Shown here one piece after another: positions 37,713 through 43,229 of a stretch of DNA of 43,229 nucleotides. A model generated the notes under the pieces. It had not been told where the DNA came from, ran no database searches, and was given only the letters and a program-made list of their open reading frames with translations. Source of the DNA: an uncultured Leptospirales bacterium (lineage in GTDB: Bacteria; Spirochaetota; UBA4802; UBA5550); the NCBI GenBank assembly GCA_964440335.1, contig CAYTSF010000002.1:1-43229 (forward strand). Reading direction: 5' to 3'. The stretch's first letter is position 1; every line of letters starts with the position of its first letter. The position numbers and the translations under genes are program-made.

Positions 37713-38942
37713 ATGATAAGTTTTTATGAAGCTAAAGAAATAATTTTACATAATACCAGTTCATTAAAAGAAATTGAGACCGTCAATCTGGATGAATCAT
37801 ATGGACGAATCCTTGCAAATAATATCATTTCTCCCCGGAACATTCCGCAGTATGACAACTCCTCAATGGATGGATATGCGGTAATAAGCAACGATACAAT
37901 TAAGGCCTCAACTGATATTCCAGTATCCCTTGTGGTTTCTGCGGAAATCCAGGCCGGCGGTAAATATACTAAACCACCGTTAACATCCGGCCATGCAATT
38001 CGAATTATGACCGGTGCACACATCCCGCCAGGTGCAGATGCTGTAATTCCTTTTGAAGATACAGAAGAAAAAAATGGAATCGTAAAACTATTAAGACCGG
38101 TATCAGTTTCAGAAAATATACGTTTCTCCGGTGAGGATATTGTCAGGGGTGATCTGCTGATTGCCGCAGGGACAAAAATTGATTCTGCACAAATTGGCCA
38201 GATAGCATCCGTGAACCTGACTGAAATTACTGTTTTTAAAAAACCTGATGTTTTTATACTCTCTACCGGAGATGAGATTGTAGAGCCGGGAACGGATGAA
38301 ATTGATGGCAAAATAATCAACAGCAACGCTTCTGTAATAATTAATGAAGTAAAAAAATATGGAGGAACCCCTCACTACATCGGTATTGCCAGGGATAATT
38401 TCACTGACATCAGTAAACAATTTTCAACAGCCCTTCAAGGTGACTTGATAATTTGCTCCGGCGGGGTCTCCATGGGGCTGTATGATTTCACTCACGATGT
38501 TATAAAAAGTTCAGGTGCAGAAATTCTCTTTCACAACATTGCAATGAAGCCGGGAAAACCGGTACTGGCTGGTAAAATAAATAATAAACTTATTTTTGGT
38601 TTACCGGGTAATCCTGTTTCAGTTATGGTCTCTTTCATGGAACTGGTAAGACCGGCTTTACTGAAAATGTCCGGAAGCAACTGGCTGGATAAACCTGTTG
38701 TTAAGGCAATACTGGAAGAACAGATAATAAAAAAAGACAAGCGGATACACTTTGTCCGTGGCATTTATACTATTGATAATGGAGAATTCCATGTAAAAAC
38801 AGCAGGTATACAGAGATCAGACATTCTCAGGTCAATGTCATCTGCTAATTGTTTCATAATTCTGCCTGAGAAGATTGATGTTTTCAGCACTGGATCTATT
38901 GTGGATATTCAGCTTATTCAGCACGGAGAAATTAGTGTCTAA
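37713..38942 (+). CDS. moeA: molybdopterin molybdenumtransferase MoeA
   Basis: Typical MoeA sequence (NSSMDGYAV, IMTGAHIPPGADAV, CSGGVSMG, LPGNPVS). The start could also be the TTG at 37707. Confidence 0.9.
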   Translation: MISFYEAKEIILHNTSSLKEIETVNLDESYGRILANNIISPRNIPQYDNSSMDGYAVISNDTIKASTDIPVSLVVSAEIQAGGKYTKPPLTSGHAIRIMTGAHIPPGADAVIPFEDTEEKNGIVKLLRPVSVSENIRFSGEDIVRGDLLIAAGTKIDSAQIGQIASVNLTEITVFKKPDVFILSTGDEIVEPGTDEIDGKIINSNASVIINEVKKYGGTPHYIGIARDNFTDISKQFSTALQGDLIICSGGVSMGLYDFTHDVIKSSGAEILFHNIAMKPGKPVLAGKINNKLIFGLPGNPVSVMVSFMELVRPALLKMSGSNWLDKPVVKAILEEQIIKKDKRIHFVRGIYTIDNGEFHVKTAGIQRSDILRSMSSANCFIILPEKIDVFSTGSIVDIQLIQHGEISV

Positions 38943-39930
38943 CGCTAAATGCATTTTATTATATTCAGGTGGACTCGACAGTCTCCTGGCGGCTAAACTC
39001 CTGATGGATCAGGGAGTTGATGTAACCGGCCTGCATTGCATTCTTCCCTACTCCCCCCCGGACCTTGATGTTGAAAGTCTCAGATCTGTGCAGCTTGCAA
39101 AACAGATAGGACTGAAATTAATTCATTACAGGTGCGGAGAAGAATATATCAGGATGCTGCAAAATCCAGCCCACGGGTATGGTAAAGAGATAAATCCGTG
39201 TATTGATTGTAAACTTTTTTTCCTCGAAAAGGCCAGGGAATTGATGGATGAAATACATGCAGATTTCATTGCAACAGGAGAGGTTGTCGGACAACGGCCA
39301 ATGTCACAGCTGAAACATACGCTGAACCATATTGAAAAAATATCAGGTATTGCCGGTAAACTGTTAAGGCCCCTGTCTGCAAAGATATTAAAACCAACAT
39401 TAGCTGAAGAGGAAGGGCTGGTAGACAGAAGCAGACTCCTCGATATTAGCGGAAGGGGACGGAAAAGACAGATGGAACTTGCTGCGTATTACGGCATAAA
39501 TAATTATGAATTACCAGCAGGGGGATGCCTTTTTACTGATAAAAATATTGCTTCAAGAATCAGGGAACTTTTCAGTTCCAGCCTGAATATATCCCCGCTT
39601 GACCTGTATCTTACCAAAACGGGAAGACATTTTAAGTTAAATGGTCTCAGAATTATTGTATCGCGCAATGAAGCAGAATCTGATGAACTGGAAAAATACA
39701 GGCAGTATGCTGATTATTTTTTTTATCCGGAATATTCCGGGTCTTCTGCATTTGCAAAGGGTCAGGCTTCGGATAATGATTTTATGATCATCTCAGGTAT
39801 AATGTCACGGTATGGAAAACCTGGCGCATCTAACAATATAATCTCTGTTTATCATGATGACATATTACTCACACAGATATCTGCAGGAGAACCGCTCAGT
39901 GACGTAGAACTCGACGCAATGAGAATCTGA
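38935..39930 (+). CDS. PP-loop ATP-pyrophosphatase protein, ThiI-C-terminal-like (no THUMP domain)
   Basis: SGGLDS PP-loop, CIDCK, and IATGEVVGQRPMSQ. GTG at 38935 has GGAG 6 nt upstream and overlaps the moeA stop. The track's ATG at 38875 is an alternative start. Confidence 0.65.
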   Translation: MSNAKCILLYSGGLDSLLAAKLLMDQGVDVTGLHCILPYSPPDLDVESLRSVQLAKQIGLKLIHYRCGEEYIRMLQNPAHGYGKEINPCIDCKLFFLEKARELMDEIHADFIATGEVVGQRPMSQLKHTLNHIEKISGIAGKLLRPLSAKILKPTLAEEEGLVDRSRLLDISGRGRKRQMELAAYYGINNYELPAGGCLFTDKNIASRIRELFSSSLNISPLDLYLTKTGRHFKLNGLRIIVSRNEAESDELEKYRQYADYFFYPEYSGSSAFAKGQASDNDFMIISGIMSRYGKPGASNNIISVYHDDILLTQISAGEPLSDVELDAMRI

Positions 39931-39931
39931 T

Positions 39932-40546
39932 ATGACACAGAATAAAAAAGTTATTTCATTTTTAGCATCAGGAAGAGGGCTGAATTTTCAGGCTGTTGCA
40001 TCAAAAATTGTGTCCGGGCAAATTGCCGCTTTACCAGGGATCCTTGTATGTGACAGGGCTGACGCACCCGTTCTTGAAAAGGCAAAAAAACTGAGAATCG
40101 ACTCAGTCTTCATCGATCCTAAACTTTTTTCTAACAAGACCGATTATGAGCAATCTATAATAAACATAATGAAAAAGTATAAAACAGATTATATCGTAGC
40201 TGCCGGTTATATGCGTATTCTTTCAGGACATATAATCAATATTTATAAAAACAGAATAGTAAATATACATCCGTCATTACTCCCTGCTTTTCCGGGGAAA
40301 GATGCACAGAAACAGGCTCTGGAATATGGTGTAAGGATAACAGGCTGTACGACCCATTTTATTGACGAGGGTACAGATACAGGCCCGATTATTTTGCAAA
40401 AATCTGTAAATATTGAAAAAAGTGACAATTTACAGACTCTTTCAGAAAAAATATTGAAAGAGGAGCATACTATTCTTATAAAAAGCATAAAGCTTCTATG
40501 TGAAAACCGTATTCAAATTAATGAAAGAAAAGTGATAATAATATAG
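39932..40546 (+). CDS. purN: phosphoribosylglycinamide formyltransferase
   Basis: SGRGLNFQA and NIHPSLLPAFPG motifs, ~200 aa. Confidence 0.9.
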   Translation: MTQNKKVISFLASGRGLNFQAVASKIVSGQIAALPGILVCDRADAPVLEKAKKLRIDSVFIDPKLFSNKTDYEQSIINIMKKYKTDYIVAAGYMRILSGHIINIYKNRIVNIHPSLLPAFPGKDAQKQALEYGVRITGCTTHFIDEGTDTGPIILQKSVNIEKSDNLQTLSEKILKEEHTILIKSIKLLCENRIQINERKVIII

Positions 40547-40599
40547 CGCAATTTTTATATTATCAGGTATAATGTACTAACGATAAAAGAGGTGCCAGA

Positions 40600-41139
40600 T
40601 TGAATTTTCAGGTGATAACAACATTTACTATTTATTTAATCATAGTATTCATTTTAACATATTACTTTAATCTCTTTGCATCAAAGAGTGAGTACACAAG
40701 AAATGAATTCAGCAATATTTTCCCACAGCTTGGCAATATGCTGCAGAAGATTTACAATAACTATTCAATCATTGGATTGGTATGGATGTTAATTCTATCA
40801 GGGTTCATTGGCATAATCTTATCTGCCATTTTAACGAACTGGATTTTTAATTCTGCTCTACTGCCGGTTTTATTTTATTTTACAGGCCCCAAGCTGGCTG
40901 TCTATTTTGAGGAAACCCGGGTAACAATATCTGAAAATTTCAGTGACCAGTTACAGATAATATACAGCCGTTATTATCACTATATAATCACGGGATTCAA
41001 TTGTGGATTTGCTTCAAGGATGATTTACAACTGGGTTGATCTGAATGCTATATCTTTTTACTGGCTTGTTTTAAATCTAATTATAATAACATTTACAGTA
41101 ATGCTTATCCTGAGAGATGATATTTTTCATAATTTATGA
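40600..41139 (+). CDS. hypothetical integral membrane protein
   Basis: About four hydrophobic helices and a TTG start after AGAGGTG. No recognised family. Confidence 0.5.
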   Translation: MNFQVITTFTIYLIIVFILTYYFNLFASKSEYTRNEFSNIFPQLGNMLQKIYNNYSIIGLVWMLILSGFIGIILSAILTNWIFNSALLPVLFYFTGPKLAVYFEETRVTISENFSDQLQIIYSRYYHYIITGFNCGFASRMIYNWVDLNAISFYWLVLNLIIITFTVMLILRDDIFHNL

Positions 41140-41313
41140 ATTTTTTAATATCAAAAAAATTTTAATGATTATAAAATTGCTTTAAAATCAGAAATTATAC
41201 GAATTTTCGGTTGACTTAATAAAAATTTCTTTTTATTGTTATTAGGATTAAAAGACTCATAAATTTAATGTTTATGAGAACAAATTTTTAAAAAATTTTT
41301 GGAGGTTCTTCTA

Positions 41314-41787
41314 ATGAAGAAGTTATTTCTTATCGGGCTTGCTCTGACTATGGGACTTGCATTTGCATTTACATCATGTGGCGGAGGAAACCTTGGTGGT
41401 ACTATTGAAGATGGTGATTCATATGCAATGGAGAAGTGGGTTGACGATAATACTTTCCAGGTTGTAGCCGGCGGTGAGGCAAATGCAGAACTGAAAGGAA
41501 AAACAGCAAGAAGGGAAAGCGCACAAAGAGCAGCTATCATGAATGCGAAGTATAAAATTGTTGAGAAATTCATCGGATCAAAAATTGAAGGTGCATCCGG
41601 TATGGAAAACTTTATGCATTCAGGTACAGCAGTAGCTGAAGAAATCGGCGCAATGTTTAAAGGTGGCTCTGTAAAAAAAGTTACATATGATAAAGAAACT
41701 GATGCTGCTGAAGTTATTTACGAAATTAAAGGCAAAAACCTGAAAAAACGTGTAGAATCAGGTGATTTTGAGCAGAAAGTTAAGTAA
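41314..41787 (+). CDS. hypothetical lipoprotein
   Basis: MKKLFLIGLALTMGLAFAFTSC lipobox, with GGAGG 8 nt upstream of ATG 41314. Confidence 0.6.
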   Translation: MKKLFLIGLALTMGLAFAFTSCGGGNLGGTIEDGDSYAMEKWVDDNTFQVVAGGEANAELKGKTARRESAQRAAIMNAKYKIVEKFIGSKIEGASGMENFMHSGTAVAEEIGAMFKGGSVKKVTYDKETDAAEVIYEIKGKNLKKRVESGDFEQKVK

Positions 41788-41810
41788 TTAACATATTCTG
41801 TATAGTAATG

Positions 41811-41838
41811 AAAAAGCTGTCATAATGACAGCTTTTTT
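41811..41838 (+). terminator. rho-independent terminator of the lipoprotein gene
   Basis: AGCTGTCA-TAA-TGACAGCT hairpin followed by a T-run. Confidence 0.75.
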
Positions 41839-41853
41839 ATTTTCAGAAATGTA

Positions 41854-41886
41854 TAAAAAAAAGACATCCAAAGATGTCCTTTTTTA
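41854..41886 (-). terminator. rho-independent terminator downstream of the 5S rRNA
   Basis: The minus strand reads GGACATC-TTTG-GATGTCT followed by T8, immediately 3' of the 5S gene. Confidence 0.65.
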
Positions 41887-41895
41887 TATTATTTA

Positions 41896-42012
<117 letters not shown>

Positions 42013-42092
42013 AAAATATTCCTGTTTAACTAATAAAACGACATTAAAAAAAACCATGCCATCTGTCAATTAAATTGTAAAAAAAATCATTT

Positions 42093-42254
42093 TTATTTCT
42101 TTTTTTCTGAATTAATGAACATGGCATATAGCAGATTAGCTACAATAACCATGATGATAGCAATTGAGCCATTTAACAGATTTCTGCTTATAAAAAAATA
42201 GTAAATACTTAAAAAAAGAGATATTACAGCAAGCAGAAGAAACAGTTTATTCAT
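42093..42254 (-). CDS. small hydrophobic protein (53 aa), not in the ORF track
   Basis: My own translation: MNKLFLLLAVISLFLSIYYFFISRNLLNGSIAIIMVIVANLLYAMFINSEKKK. GGAG lies upstream, and the ORF starts 12 nt after the gyrA stop. Confidence 0.4.
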   Translation of the reverse strand: MNKLFLLLAVISLFLSIYYFFISRNLLNGSIAIIMVIVANLLYAMFINSEKKK

Positions 42255-42266
42255 TTCCTTTCTCCA

Positions 42267-43229
42267 TTATTCGTCATCAGCTTCAGTGATCACTGCAAAG
42301 TCAGAAACAATATCCGTATCGTTTAACTCAAGGAGCTTTATTCCTACAGTGGATCGTCCCTGTGATGATACATCTTTAGCAACCAGTCTTATGGTCATTC
42401 CTGTTACAGAAGTAATAATAATTTCATCTTCTGGTAATACTGAACGTATTCCGGCTGCTTCACCGTTTTTATCAGTTATCTTCAGGTAAGCCATCCCCTT
42501 ACCACCACGGCCTTTATTTGTAAAATTATTGTATGGTATTCTCTTGCCAAAACCTTTTTCGGTGATTACAAACATGGACGATCCGTCTTTTACTATATCC
42601 ATACCGATAATATGGTCTTCACCATCAAGGCGCATCCCGATTATTCCAGCAGCAGATCTCCCCATTGATCTCATCTTCTGAAGATTTGTCCTGAGTAAAA
42701 GGCCCTGTTTTGATGCAATAACAAGATCGCTCTCTTTCTCAACAACCTTGACATCTACAAGTTCATCTTCTTTTTTCAGGTTTATGCAGATAATCCCGCC
42801 TTTTTTGGCATTCTGGAATTCAGATATACCGGTTTTTTTCAGGATACCATGCCTGGTTGCCATACATAGAAAGTCTTCAGTTTCAAATGTTTGAATGCCG
42901 CAAATAGCAGTAATATTCTCTCCTGTAGCCATATTGATTATGCCTTTAAGAGATTTTCCTCTGCTTGTTTTGGTTGAAATTGGAATTTCATAAGTTTTAA
43001 GAGCAAAGATTTTTCCTTTATTAGAAAAAAGAAAAACTGTATCATGAGCAGATGCAATGGTCATCATTTTCACAAAATCCTCGCGCTTTTGTGACATGCC
43101 GATGACACCTTTGCCGCCACGACGTTGTTTTTTAAATGTATCGATTGGCATTCGACGGATAAAACCATCGTTGGTAATTGAGACAACCATCTCTTCATCA
43201 GCAATCAGGTCCTCAATATCAAAATCAGT
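42267..43229 (-). CDS. gyrA: DNA gyrase subunit A, C-terminal beta-pinwheel domain; 5' part outside the window
   Basis: GyrA-box QRRGGKG and repeated blade motifs. The frame stays open to the window edge (…TDFDIEDLIADEEMVVSITNDGFIRR). Confidence 0.9.
   Translation of the reverse strand, partial: TDFDIEDLIADEEMVVSITNDGFIRRMPIDTFKKQRRGGKGVIGMSQKREDFVKMMTIASAHDTVFLFSNKGKIFALKTYEIPISTKTSRGKSLKGIINMATGENITAICGIQTFETEDFLCMATRHGILKKTGISEFQNAKKGGIICINLKKEDELVDVKVVEKESDLVIASKQGLLLRTNLQKMRSMGRSAAGIIGMRLDGEDHIIGMDIVKDGSSMFVITEKGFGKRIPYNNFTNKGRGGKGMAYLKITDKNGEAAGIRSVLPEDEIIITSVTGMTIRLVAKDVSSQGRSTVGIKLLELNDTDIVSDFAVITEADDE

Noticed and set aside
42041-42069. Dedicated promoter for the 5S rRNA (TTGACA at 42064-42069, minus strand).
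   Set aside because: The -35 is perfect, but the -10 candidates at 16-18 nt spacing (TAATGT, AATGTT, ATGTTC) are poor. It is therefore mentioned in the 5S finding rather than annotated as a feature.

Overview
This is a 43.2-kb, moderately AT-rich bacterial chromosomal segment with about 40 densely packed protein genes, many with overlapping or nearly abutting stop and start codons. Most of the content is housekeeping or signalling. Housekeeping genes include mnmG-rsmG, hisI, nadK-recN, hbd, mogA, pyrF, moeA, purN and the 3' part of gyrA. Signalling genes include a REC-GAF-HD-GYP regulator, a REC-PP2C phosphatase, a STAS protein and an MBL hydrolase fused to two cNMP-binding domains. Also present are a MoxR/VWA pair, an XPB-type helicase, a B12-type radical SAM protein and several lipoproteins with spirochaete-style lipoboxes. 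One RNA gene is clear: a stand-alone 5S rRNA on the minus strand, not linked to 16S or 23S. That arrangement, together with the lipoprotein and signalling content, suggests a Leptospira-like spirochaete, but this cannot be established without a database search. I saw no CRISPR array, tRNA, transposase, integrase, prophage block or recognisable defence system. The most unusual signals are non-coding. (1) A perfect 38-bp palindrome lies inside rsmG, and its 18-bp core recurs exactly at the mnmG stop codon. (2) A ~103-bp structured repeat with terminal inverted repeats occurs twice in opposite orientation, both times in divergent promoter regions upstream of molybdenum-cofactor genes (mogA and moeA). 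(3) An orphan promoter/terminator pair could make a ~60-nt RNA. An XPB helicase tightly co-oriented with a secreted BNR/glycosidase-like protein, a STAS protein and a sugar kinase is an odd gene context. All functional calls rest on motifs I recognise in the supplied translations; no searches were run.
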